A stretch of DNA of 32,000 nucleotides from Methanococcus maripaludis (GCF_002945325.1 NZ_CP026606.1:780001-812000); one strand, 5' to 3'. Positions 19,499 through 29,195 are shown, numbered from the stretch's first letter. Numbers and translations: made by a program. Notes: a model not told the origin generated them from the letters alone.

Positions 19499-20317
19499 TT
19501 AACGAAACCAGTTCATTAAACCCTGCCACATCCATTCAAATACATTTTTAGACTCATTATTTGAACTGCTGGCACTATACTGGTTAGATTGTCCTGTTTG
19601 TGCGGTAGGATTTGTAGAATATCCCGTACCTGTTTCCATTTCGCTTGATATTATTTCATTATACTCTGATTCGCTAATGTACTGTGGCTCGTAAATTCCA
19701 CCATTTTGTTCGATAACTCTCGTAAATGACCTTAAATGGTTTTTCGAACCTTTTTCAAGGTTATTATATACTGCAGTGATATCCTGATTGTCAGATATTT
19801 CATTTAATTTTTTTAAATCATTTATATCTAAATCTTCAATAGTTGCACCAACAGTTAATGCATCCAGCAGTGAAACTGAACCTTTTTCAACCAATGTGCT
19901 GTAAAGTTCTGCCAGATCCTGATTTGTAAATGCTCCTCTCGTGTCATTAGTAACGGGGTCTGTCAAATTATATTTGTCTAAGAGTAACTTTACTGCATTG
20001 GTGTGAGTACTTTCACTATTTGCGATATTTAAGAAAATTTGCTGGCCCCATATGTCATATAATTCCAAATAAACATCTCTTGCCAATTTTTCTTCTTCTC
20101 TCATCAACAATAACCCGTCAATTTCTTCTTGACTTAATTCTTCAACAGGATAATTACCAATTTCTTGCTGGTGATTTACCTGTGTATCGTCATATAATTG
20201 ATACACCTGACCGCCCTGATTTTGCCCATAACTTTTATTTTGATTGCCGTATGCAGATATTGAACTTAAAATAACTAATAATAAAAGAAAGCTCGTAATA
20301 ATTTTTTTATTACTCAA
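19499..20317 (-). CDS. Secreted DUF2202 (ferritin-like) domain protein
   Basis: Signal peptide MSNKKIITSFLLLLVILSSISAYG; LLMREEEKLARDVYLELYDIWGQQIFLNIANSESTHTNAVKLLLDKY and RGAFTNQDLAELYSTLVEKG. TTG start at 20317 follows GGGGTGAT. Confidence 0.87.
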   Translation of the reverse strand: MSNKKIITSFLLLLVILSSISAYGNQNKSYGQNQGGQVYQLYDDTQVNHQQEIGNYPVEELSQEEIDGLLLMREEEKLARDVYLELYDIWGQQIFLNIANSESTHTNAVKLLLDKYNLTDPVTNDTRGAFTNQDLAELYSTLVEKGSVSLLDALTVGATIEDLDINDLKKLNEISDNQDITAVYNNLEKGSKNHLRSFTRVIEQNGGIYEPQYISESEYNEIISSEMETGTGYSTNPTAQTGQSNQYSASSSNNESKNVFEWMWQGLMNWFR

Positions 20318-20610
20318 AAATATCACCCCCATTAATAATTATTATTTATTTAAAACCAAAGTATATATTTAATGGATCAGACGTTAATTAAATTTCAAAA
20401 GTATATCGAAGTTTATAACCGCTCGATGAAACATTTATAACTCTTTTAAACTGAAATTTAACTTTTTAAAAATTAGAATTACCCAATTTAAAGGATTTAT
20501 TATCCCGTTTTAATGATATTAACGGGATATTGGGGTTAATTTTTAAAAAACTGAAAAAAATAAATACTTTTGAAAAAAGAAAGTATAATGAAGATCAGGG
20601 GGTGGTAAAT

Positions 20611-20835
20611 ATGGTTGATCTTTCAAAATACGATACATATGAGCTGATAAAAAAATATCGTGTTTACTTTAAAGAAGGCGAAAAACCTGCAAAAATAACG
20701 ATTGAAAGGTATTTAAAAACTGGGGAATACTATGCAATTTTAAAGCTTCCAGATGGTAAGAAATTTAGCTCCCATCCTACGAAAACACCAGAAGATGCGT
20801 TAAATGATCCCGTAATTTCATTTAACGTAAAATAA
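20611..20835 (+). CDS. Small conserved hypothetical protein, 74 aa
   Basis: MVDLSKYDTYELIKKYRVYFKEGEKPAKITIERYLKTGEYYAILKLPDGKKFSSHPTKTPEDALNDPVISFNVK. ATG preceded by a GGGGGTGG RBS; the track start at 20530 is a poorly supported TTG. Confidence 0.75.
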   Translation: MVDLSKYDTYELIKKYRVYFKEGEKPAKITIERYLKTGEYYAILKLPDGKKFSSHPTKTPEDALNDPVISFNVK

Positions 20836-21067
20836 ATTTTCTTTTTTTCTGATTTTTAAATTTCAGAACTGCTCTTTTAATTTTATTTAAAGTAAGATTT
20901 GGTGGAAAAGTCCGATTTTATATCTTTTTAGATTTTCTAAATTTTTTAAAATGTTCTCCATGGGTATATTTTCTTAAAATTGACGTTAAAAATATAAATT
21001 AAAAAAATCATAACTCTCGAGTATTCAATATATTTTTAGGCATATAATGAAATGTTCGGGGTGAACA

Positions 21068-24000
21068 ATGATAAAAAAAGTTTTATTTCTATTTTTGCTG
21101 CTTTTAGCAGTTTCAAGCGTTAGCGCTGTGGATTATACAATCAATGAAACAGATTTTGAAAATCAGACTGACGTTGATATGGCAGGATATACTTATCACG
21201 CGTTTATAGTTATTAATGAATCTGGCGAATATCAAGTAACTGCAAATTTTGCAAATAATTTTTCAAGTATCGACAATGTTGTATTCTTGATTAAAGACAC
21301 TGAAAACGTTACACTCGACTGTAACAACATGTCTTTCACAACCAATACTATATTCGGGCCAAATTATCTAGTTTATGCTTACAATTCAAGCAATATTACA
21401 GTTAAAAATCTTAATTCCAACTGGACTAGGGATGTAATTCTTTTTGAAAATGTTAATGATTCTAAAATAGAAAACTCAGAAATTATCTCTGAAAGATATC
21501 CAATTGTTTTAGAAGATTCATACGGCATTACAATCTCAGAAAATACGCTTACCTCAGATACATACCCTGTTTATGCTAAATCTGATCTTATAAACAGTAC
21601 GATTTCAGGAAATACAATTAACAATACTTGTGAATCCACTAGTTACGGCATATATTGTGATTATGCAGTTATAAACTCAATAATGTCAGAAAATACGATT
21701 ATATCATGCGCAGACAGTAGTGCTTATGGGATTTACTGTGGTGACTATTTTGAAAACTGCACGATTTCAGGAAACAATATCTCAGTAAATGGAGGAAGTT
21801 TCCACGCTTTTGGTATATGTTGTGACGAGTATATCTTAGATTCAACAATTGAAAATAACGTAATAACAGTCACTTCAGAAACATACAATGCTTACGGCAT
21901 TTTCGCAAATGAGCATATTCAAAACAGTACAATTTCAGGAAATAACATTACAAGTACTACAATAACTTCTTCGGCTGCAGCTATTGGCATTTATTCTGAA
22001 TTAGATATGTTAACTAGCACATTTTCAGGAAATAACATTACAGCTAATTCTAATCATTATTCGGCAGGTATTTCTTCAAATAGGTATGTTCAAGATACTA
22101 CAATTTCAGGAAATACAATTAATACAAATGCCACCCACAATTCCATTGATATTTGTGTCAATAGGGACCTAACAAATACGAATATCTCGGAAAATGAGAT
22201 AACTGCGATTTCCGAAGCGTACAATGCCTATGGGATTTATACCTTTGGGGGTAAGATTTTAACTAGCACGATTTTGGAAAATAATATCACAGCTAATTCT
22301 TCTACTTATGATGCTTACGGTATTTTCGCAGATGGATATCTTCAAGATACTACAATTTCAGGAAATACAATTAATACAAATGCAGTTGACGACTCTACAG
22401 GCATCTATGTTTACGATTACAGTATCGTAAATACGGATATATTAGAAAATGCAATAACTGCGATTTCAGGAAATAAGGCTTATGGGGTATACACCGAGAA
22501 TTACCATATTCAAGATACTACAATTTCAGGAAATAACATTACAATTACGGGAGATACTAACGCTCGCGGTATATATTCTAGCTATTATTTTACAGGCTCC
22601 ATAATCTCAAATAACACAATAGATGTAACGGGCAATAATTCGTACATTTTAGGTTTTAATTCAGATTTTAATAACAATGAAATATATGGTAATATTCTAT
22701 CCAGTTTGGGTAGCCAAGCATTTGGTATTTATCTTTCTGGCGATTCTGGAAATTATGAATTCTACGATAACAATATTACTGTAGCTGGTGAAGGTTCTGA
22801 AGCAATTAAACTTTCTTACTGGTTATCTGGACCTAACTCAAATATTTATAGAAATAACATCACATCAGAGCAATCTTACGCAATAGATATTATACACTGT
22901 CAAGGCGTTAGATTCTACCAAAACAACATTGATGGATTAATAAACAACGGAACAAACAACTATTTTGTTTCAAGTGAAAATATAACTTATTATTACAATG
23001 GAAATCCATACTCGGGCGTTCTTGGAAACTACTGGGCTGGATATTTAGAAGCTGATACGAATGGTGACGGTATAATCGATACGCCATACACAGAAAACTA
23101 TACAAACGATACAAAACCACTTGCTGGAATTTGGGGTGTAGATCTTACATCAAATGCTCCAAAAGTGGATTACAATGATGGAATGATCCATATTACTGAA
23201 GAAAACTTTACAAGCGTAAGTCCTTATACTGGAGGCGGTAGTGCATACGTCGTAATTACTACCCCGGGTTACTACATACTGGACTGCGATTATGTAAACG
23301 ATTCATCAATTTATAAGTTTATAGTGATTGAATCTGATAATGTAACTTTTGATGGAAACAATCACTGGTTAAATAAGACTGGAGACTACGTAGTCTATTC
23401 AAATACTGAAAACATGCTTGAAAATGTAACTGTTAAAAATTTAATGACTTCAAGCAGTATTTACATAACAGCTTCAAATTCAAATGTATCTTCAAACACT
23501 GCACAGTATGTTGGAGTTTACGGGGAGTATAACACGATTTCTTCAAACACTGCGTATGATGTTGAAGTTAGCGGAGAATATAATACGATTTCCACCAATA
23601 CTGTGGAAAATAGATTTTATTTAGCATATGACGATGGATTAAATAATTCAATAATATTCAATAACACGGTAAACTCTATTGAACTAATCGGAGACAATAA
23701 TAAAATCTCATCAAACACTGTAGATTATATTGATATGGAGGGCGATTGGGAGTATCTTTCGAATAATAACACAATCTCATCAAACATAATAACTGATTAT
23801 ATTTACGTTTACGGAGATTACAACACACTCGCCAATAACACCGTGGAAGACGAGATATACACCTGCGGATTGTATACCATAATTTCATCCAACACTGTAA
23901 CAAACTCAAGCGATTATGCAATCGATTTTGATGGGGAGGGTGAAGGAGCTTACGCAACAGTCTTCAACAACACTGTTCTTGCAAGTGAATATGGTATTCG

Positions 24001-24889
24001 TTTAGATGATTGTGATGAAGACTATTCAAATATCTCTTACAATACGGTCTATTCATCAGAATATCCTCTAATAATTGGCGATGAAGTCACAGGATGTAAT
24101 ATTTACTTAAACAACTTTATCTACACAGATACAGTAAATATTTCGGGCATAACTCCTGGAGAAACTGGAAAAAACAGTTTCTTAAGTCCTTTTAAAATTG
24201 AATATAAATACAACGGAAATAGTTACAGTAATTTCCTTGGAAACTACTGGTCTGATTACAGTGGAACAGACGCAGATGCAAATGGAATCGGGGATACTTA
24301 TTATCTATATGGATGTGACGATGAGAGCGACTATTTAGAAAACGATACAGCACCATTAATTGGAATGTGGGGAATTGATCTTATTCCTTACACGCCAGTA
24401 ACAACCCATACAACAAGATCTTCCGGTGGCGGTGGAAGAAGTTACGATTCAGATATTTCAGATGAAATAGACTCAAAAGTTATTAAAAACTTCGTTTCAA
24501 GTGCAACAGTGCTCTTTGGAAACGAAATCGATCAGCAATTTGCTGAAGAATTAAGAGAAAGAATACAAAATGCAGAAGGATTCAAAATTTCTGGAAATGC
24601 AGTAATTGTTGGCGGACCAAAAGCAAATCCATTTGCGAGAGAATACAACGATCAGTTTGAAATGCCAATTTCAAACGACTACCCTGGAGAAAACAAAGGG
24701 GTTATTCAAGTTATGACTATTCAGGACAATTCTGGAAAAATCGTTAAAAGCTACACTATTGTATATATTGCAGGTTCAGATAGATTAGGAACACAAGCTG
24801 CTTTAGAATACTTTAAAACTTTGGATGAACTTCCAGACGGACCAATCATGGTCGAATGGACCGCAAATGGGCCAGTAGTTGTTGAATAA
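21068..24889 (+). CDS. Large secreted right-handed beta-helix (NosD/PbH1-like) surface protein with S-layer-like C-terminal domain, 1273 aa
   Basis: Signal peptide MIKKVLFLFLLLLAVSSVSA; dozens of xxISxNxI/NTISSNTV coils; two NosD-type end motifs (LGNYWAGYLEADTNGDGIIDTPY, LGNYWSDYSGTDADANGIGDTYY); C-terminal VIVGGPKANPFAREYNDQFEMPI...YTIVYIAGSDRLGTQAALEYFKTLDEL resembles methanococcal S-layer protein C-termini. Confidence 0.9.
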   Translation: MIKKVLFLFLLLLAVSSVSAVDYTINETDFENQTDVDMAGYTYHAFIVINESGEYQVTANFANNFSSIDNVVFLIKDTENVTLDCNNMSFTTNTIFGPNYLVYAYNSSNITVKNLNSNWTRDVILFENVNDSKIENSEIISERYPIVLEDSYGITISENTLTSDTYPVYAKSDLINSTISGNTINNTCESTSYGIYCDYAVINSIMSENTIISCADSSAYGIYCGDYFENCTISGNNISVNGGSFHAFGICCDEYILDSTIENNVITVTSETYNAYGIFANEHIQNSTISGNNITSTTITSSAAAIGIYSELDMLTSTFSGNNITANSNHYSAGISSNRYVQDTTISGNTINTNATHNSIDICVNRDLTNTNISENEITAISEAYNAYGIYTFGGKILTSTILENNITANSSTYDAYGIFADGYLQDTTISGNTINTNAVDDSTGIYVYDYSIVNTDILENAITAISGNKAYGVYTENYHIQDTTISGNNITITGDTNARGIYSSYYFTGSIISNNTIDVTGNNSYILGFNSDFNNNEIYGNILSSLGSQAFGIYLSGDSGNYEFYDNNITVAGEGSEAIKLSYWLSGPNSNIYRNNITSEQSYAIDIIHCQGVRFYQNNIDGLINNGTNNYFVSSENITYYYNGNPYSGVLGNYWAGYLEADTNGDGIIDTPYTENYTNDTKPLAGIWGVDLTSNAPKVDYNDGMIHITEENFTSVSPYTGGGSAYVVITTPGYYILDCDYVNDSSIYKFIVIESDNVTFDGNNHWLNKTGDYVVYSNTENMLENVTVKNLMTSSSIYITASNSNVSSNTAQYVGVYGEYNTISSNTAYDVEVSGEYNTISTNTVENRFYLAYDDGLNNSIIFNNTVNSIELIGDNNKISSNTVDYIDMEGDWEYLSNNNTISSNIITDYIYVYGDYNTLANNTVEDEIYTCGLYTIISSNTVTNSSDYAIDFDGEGEGAYATVFNNTVLASEYGIRLDDCDEDYSNISYNTVYSSEYPLIIGDEVTGCNIYLNNFIYTDTVNISGITPGETGKNSFLSPFKIEYKYNGNSYSNFLGNYWSDYSGTDADANGIGDTYYLYGCDDESDYLENDTAPLIGMWGIDLIPYTPVTTHTTRSSGGGGRSYDSDISDEIDSKVIKNFVSSATVLFGNEIDQQFAEELRERIQNAEGFKISGNAVIVGGPKANPFAREYNDQFEMPISNDYPGENKGVIQVMTIQDNSGKIVKSYTIVYIAGSDRLGTQAALEYFKTLDELPDGPIMVEWTANGPVVVE

Positions 24890-24986
24890 CTTAATTAAAA
24901 AAATATTTTCTTTTTTTCTGATTTTTAAATTGAATTTGAAAAGTGTAACTTCTATTGTTTATTGTTTGAAAAATTAAAAAAAGAAT

Positions 24987-26012
24987 TTAATCGCATTCTG
25001 GATATATAACATACGTAGCCCAGTTATTTTCAGGGAACGTTTCCCCTCCAAAACAGGTGTCGTTAGCCCATGCACTTTCACAGATGCAATTATATATTGG
25101 AACGCACTCGTAGTTCGCTTTTACTGCATCAATGTCATAGTCGTGCGTTGAAAACGTATCATTTATTCTTATTTTTTCGATACATACGCCACTAGGAAGG
25201 TCATATATGCGGTTTATAAACATATTCGTCACACCTGCGGTGCTACCCAAATTATTCGTAGCATTTCCTACCGGGTAGTAATTTCCGTTAAAATATGCTT
25301 CAATACCAATAGATTCAACCCAGTTTGGGTTCTGATTATATGTTACTTCATAAATTTCTAAATCAGGTGTGGAATTGTCCCCATCACCACAGATACTGCC
25401 GTCAAAACACAATTCTATTGATCCACCATGTCCAAGACTGGTAAATGTCTTTGTGCCTTGATCTGAACTATCATTTTCTCCAAGACATAGTAATGGATTG
25501 TATCTCCATGATTCAGTCGAATCAGGTGAACCGTTAATATAATTGCTGTAATTTATTGCCCAAGGATAATCAAGTGGCTCGTAGCCATAATCTATTATTT
25601 CATCACCTTGCTTACAAACTACGGCATGCGCTGCAATAGTTATGTTTGAACTACCTAATTCACTAATGTTAAGCGAACCAGAATACTCCGTTAAATAGGG
25701 ATCAAACTCTTCATTGATTTCAAACTGTCCAACTTTCGGATTTCCAGTTTTTGTAAGATATCCTTCTGTATACCAGACATTACTGGTATCTGCCTCAGGA
25801 ACTTCATTTAATGCAGCTAAATGTACTTCACAAAGTTCCCATGGTGAATTTATATCGTAATTAAAATACAATGTATCTCCAACCACGTTCAAGGTTAGAG
25901 TCCCTACTTTTTCATTCTGTCCTGCAATAATATCGTAATCTATCGCCACAGCTCCAGGGATTACTGAAAAGATCATTGAAAATAAAATAAATCCAACTAA
26001 AAACTTTTTCAT
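24987..26012 (-). CDS. Secreted protein with C-terminal carbohydrate-binding-like extracellular domain
   Basis: Signal peptide MKKFLVGFILFSMIFSVIPGAVA (start at 26012 rather than 26027); SLGHGGSIELCFDGSICGDGDNSTPDLEIYEVT...VESIGIEAYFNGNYYPVG...DYDIDAVKANYE. Confidence 0.75.
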   Translation of the reverse strand: MKKFLVGFILFSMIFSVIPGAVAIDYDIIAGQNEKVGTLTLNVVGDTLYFNYDINSPWELCEVHLAALNEVPEADTSNVWYTEGYLTKTGNPKVGQFEINEEFDPYLTEYSGSLNISELGSSNITIAAHAVVCKQGDEIIDYGYEPLDYPWAINYSNYINGSPDSTESWRYNPLLCLGENDSSDQGTKTFTSLGHGGSIELCFDGSICGDGDNSTPDLEIYEVTYNQNPNWVESIGIEAYFNGNYYPVGNATNNLGSTAGVTNMFINRIYDLPSGVCIEKIRINDTFSTHDYDIDAVKANYECVPIYNCICESAWANDTCFGGETFPENNWATYVIYPECD

Positions 26013-26342
26013 GAAGACCCCCTCCAAAGTTTTTCGGAATTTTTAAAAATAGTTTTTACTAATTAATGGTAAATTAACCCCAATTTAATTATATATCCAG
26101 TAATATATAACTATATCTAAGTTAAAAGTGTTTTAATCGGGATTATTAAAAAATAACCCCATATAATAAATAAATTGTAAAAATAAAGCATAACAATTTA
26201 TTTTTTTGTTGGAAGTTAATATTATATTAGATAATACTAAAACGTTAAAGATCAGTATTTCTGTAAAAATACATATTAAAATAATAATATTTTGAAATTA
26301 TAAACCGGCCCTATTGACATTAATACGCGTATCGTGGTAAAA

Positions 26343-27047
26343 ATGATTAAGAATAACGTTACAATCAATGGAATTCCTGCTATTTTGTGGGGAGAAGAAC
26401 AAAACCGTGTTTTTATTGCAGTTCACGGAAATATGTCCAGTAAAGACGACACTGTAATTCAAATGCTGTCAGAAATTGCTGTTAAAAAGGGATATCAAGT
26501 TTTGAGTTTTGATTTACCTGAACACGGGAATCGAAAAAACGATAAAACTCCCTGTAAGGTGGACATTTGTGTAACTGATCTCGAAAAAATAATGAAATAT
26601 GCAAAAAACCGCTGGAATAAGATAAGTTTGTTTGCCTGCAGTATGGGTGCATATTTTAGTCTTTTGGCATATCCTGATGAAAATTTAGAAAAAAGTTTAT
26701 TTTTATCGCCCGTTGTTGACATGGAGCGGATTATTCAAAATATGATGAACTGGTTTGATGTAACCTCTGAACGATTAGAAAAAGAAAAAGAGATAGAAAC
26801 CCCAAGTGGTCAGAAACTATATTGGGATTACTTTTGCTATGTAAAAGAACATCCCATCAAATCTTGGAATTTTAAAACATCTATTCTTTACGGATCTAAA
26901 GACGAGTTATGTGAATATGATACGTTGGATAATTTCGCCAAACGATTTAAATGTAATTTAGAAATCGTAGAATCTGGAGAACACTATTTCCATACAAAAA
27001 AACAGTTAACTTCATTTGAAAACTGGTTGAAAAAAGAAATTGAATGA
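26343..27047 (+). CDS. Alpha/beta hydrolase
   Basis: VFIAVHGNMSSKDD, nucleophile elbow LFACSMGAYFSLL, GSKDELC acid-loop region, SGEHYFHTK catalytic histidine. Confidence 0.87.
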   Translation: MIKNNVTINGIPAILWGEEQNRVFIAVHGNMSSKDDTVIQMLSEIAVKKGYQVLSFDLPEHGNRKNDKTPCKVDICVTDLEKIMKYAKNRWNKISLFACSMGAYFSLLAYPDENLEKSLFLSPVVDMERIIQNMMNWFDVTSERLEKEKEIETPSGQKLYWDYFCYVKEHPIKSWNFKTSILYGSKDELCEYDTLDNFAKRFKCNLEIVESGEHYFHTKKQLTSFENWLKKEIE

Positions 27048-27405
27048 TTAAATTCAATATTAAAATTTTATTTAAAAAATAAAAAATGTATTGTTGGGAG
27101 TTTAATGCCTCTTCAAGTACTCGATAATCTTTCCATTCATTATGAGTTCTTTTAAAGCGTTTCAGGTTTTCAAAGAATTCATATTTCAACTCTTCAGATA
27201 AGTTTAACTGTTTTGATATTTTTCCAGCTTGAGTTTTTAATAATTGCATTTTGGAACATTTTGCATTATTGAATACTGATTCAGTTTGCAGGTAGCCACA
27301 ACATTTGTTTTCAGTATCAACAAAAACTGGCCTGACCTTTCCAGTCAAATATTCTTTTTCATAATGGACTACAGCCTTCAAACATTTTGGACATATTCGA
27401 ATCAT
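26947..27405 (-). CDS. Hypothetical zinc-ribbon-like protein, C-terminus overlapping the convergent hydrolase
   Basis: MIRICPKCLKAVVHYEKEY...NKCCGYLQTE with good upstream GAGGGG; the C-terminal part runs antisense to 26343-27047 and may not be natural coding. Confidence 0.55.
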   Translation of the reverse strand: MIRICPKCLKAVVHYEKEYLTGKVRPVFVDTENKCCGYLQTESVFNNAKCSKMQLLKTQAGKISKQLNLSEELKYEFFENLKRFKRTHNEWKDYRVLEEALNSQQYIFYFLNKILILNLIIQFLFSTSFQMKLTVFLYGNSVLQILRFLNYI

Positions 27406-27537
27406 CTAAAACCCCTCACGTAGTTATTGATAGTAATATACTACATGAAAGGTTTTTTATTTGAAATATAAATAATTTGTCCGTTAAATCGCGTATAAGT
27501 CTGTAAAAATCGTTTTTAAATTCTTAAAAATAGACTT

Positions 27538-27626
27538 GATATATCGGACTCGGAGATTTTGAAAATCGATATATCGGACTAGTGAAAAACCATCAAAATC
27601 GGTGCCATTGGTAAAAATCCGATATA
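27538..27626. repeat. Repeated GATATATCGGACT motif (two direct copies) plus an inverted CCGATATA
   Basis: Copies at 27538-27550 and 27568-27580 (30-bp spacing), inverted core at 27619-27626. The second copy is embedded in GATTTTGAAAATCGATATATCG. Confidence 0.6.
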
Positions 27627-27739
27627 GTTTGAGGAACTTTTTCGGGTCCTTTGGATGTAAAATACTGCAAAAAAGCTAAATCTTGTTAAAAACCCACGGT
27701 CTTGAAAGAAACCAAAAAAGAGTGCGTTATTTCAAAAAG

Positions 27740-27790
27740 TGGAGGGAAAGGGATTTGAACCCTCGAACCGCTACCGGATCGGATCTTAAG
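27740..27790 (-). pseudogene. 3' fragment of a class II tRNA gene (tRNA-Leu, UAA anticodon-like): attachment-site remnant
   Basis: Minus strand reads CTTAAGATCCGATCCGGTAGCGGTTCGAGGGTTCAAATCCCTTTCCCTCCA: anticodon loop CTTAAGA, 3' anticodon stem, variable-arm stem CCG/CGG, T-arm GAGGG-TTCAAAT-CCCTT, acceptor 3' strand TCCCTCC, discriminator A. No matching 5' half follows. Confidence 0.85.
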
Positions 27791-27959
27791 GACTAACTTA
27801 TAATTTAGGCTTATTTTTAAATTTTAAAGATAATTAAAAGTTTTATTTTAAAATAAAGCTCAAATATTTGTTATTTTGTAAAATCTTTTAATCTTATTAT
27901 CTGGGATAAAAACATAATTTCTAAAATAGAACAATAACCTAAAAATAGCTTCAAAAAAT

Positions 27960-28928
27960 TTAAAGAAGCTTTTTCAGGTCTTTTAGCATCTTGTCTTTTC
28001 GTTCTCTTGAGTGTGAATAAAACAATGTTGTTTCAAGTGACGCGTGACCGAGATATTCTTTTACAATATCAATTGGAACTCCTTTGTCTAAGAAATCAAC
28101 TGCTCGGCCGTGTCTTAAACTGTGCGTCACCAACCGCCTATTTCTTGCAATGATGCCTTTTTCTTTTAATTTTTTTACATGTTCCCTGAAAACTTTACTT
28201 ATCCAGTTTTTTCGAATAATTTTCCCTTCGATCGTTTGGAAAATATAATTTTCTGGTTTTGAATTCGGATTGTACTGTTTATACTGGTTTAAGACATCCA
28301 AGGTATCTTTTGAACAAGTAACTGTCCTTTCCACTTTTCCTTTTGTATTTTTAAGTTTGAAAATTCCTTCTTTAAAGTCACAATCTTCGTATTTTAAATT
28401 TATAACTTCTGAAAGCCTACATCCTGTATCCCAGAGTAATCTTATGACTAAAGCGTCTCTTATCTGAGTTTTACTTTTTCCGTCAACGATACTTTGAATT
28501 ACTTCGTTTAATTCAGCTTCAGATATAGCGTCATAATGTTTTACTTCGGATCTTGAGAATCGTTTTCTTTCAATTGATTCATCTGAAAAATCTAAAAAGT
28601 TTGAAAGCCTCATTGTTCTATAAAATACTTTTAAAAGGTTAAAATACCGATTTTGTGTGCTTTTGGATAATTTTCGCTCAGTATTTAGATAATTAAAGAA
28701 CTGTATAAAATCTGAGTTTCTCATATTGTCAGGTTCCTTTTCCAAGCGCTTTTCTACAAAGTCTAAAAATATTTTTAATCTTACAACATCCGTAGTCATT
28801 GTATTTTTCATTATGCCATCAAATTCTCGCTCTTCTTTGAATTTAACAAGCCATTTGTTCATTTTTTCGGATTCTTCAGGGTTTTCTCGATTTGGTTTAA
28901 ATACCAACTTATTTTTCAGATCTTGCAT
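27960..28928 (-). CDS. Tyrosine recombinase/integrase
   Basis: Catalytic motifs LLWDTGCRLSEVINLKYED, THSLRHGRAVDFLDKGVPIDIVKEYLGHASLETTLFYSH. Confidence 0.95.
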   Translation of the reverse strand: MQDLKNKLVFKPNRENPEESEKMNKWLVKFKEEREFDGIMKNTMTTDVVRLKIFLDFVEKRLEKEPDNMRNSDFIQFFNYLNTERKLSKSTQNRYFNLLKVFYRTMRLSNFLDFSDESIERKRFSRSEVKHYDAISEAELNEVIQSIVDGKSKTQIRDALVIRLLWDTGCRLSEVINLKYEDCDFKEGIFKLKNTKGKVERTVTCSKDTLDVLNQYKQYNPNSKPENYIFQTIEGKIIRKNWISKVFREHVKKLKEKGIIARNRRLVTHSLRHGRAVDFLDKGVPIDIVKEYLGHASLETTLFYSHSRERKDKMLKDLKKLL

Positions 28929-28931
28929 TGT

Positions 28932-29195
28932 CTACGCCCTTTGGTTTTCTCTCTCGATTAGTATTACATAATTTACAAGGTGATTTGTGATTTTTCCAGT
29001 CTTTTCGATAATTTTCTGCTCTTCTTGTGAAAGTTTCAAAGTCCTACTGCACTTTTTTGGCATTTTCGAAACTTTTCCAAGTTTTTCGACATCTACATAG
29101 TCAATGTTTTGGATCTGGTGAAAGTAGTATCTCACCGCCAAAACATCTAATGGTTCAATAAGGCTTAGATGGAGTTTTTCATTCATGTTAAACAC
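28932..29195 (-). CDS. Hypothetical element protein, 87 aa
   Basis: Intact ORF tightly packed between integrase and MCM genes (overlaps the MCM stop by 8 bp). Confidence 0.7.
   Translation of the reverse strand: MFNMNEKLHLSLIEPLDVLAVRYYFHQIQNIDYVDVEKLGKVSKMPKKCSRTLKLSQEEQKIIEKTGKITNHLVNYVILIERENQRA

Noticed and set aside
21500-24400. Regular repeats considered as a possible CRISPR or tandem DNA array
   Set aside because: Repeats are in-frame, degenerate and encode beta-helix coils; there is no constant repeat/spacer pattern.
27740-27790. Complete tRNA gene, possibly intron-containing
   Set aside because: The 5' side of the anticodon loop (TAGTC) does not pair properly with TCCGA, and no D-arm or 5' acceptor strand is found upstream on the minus strand.
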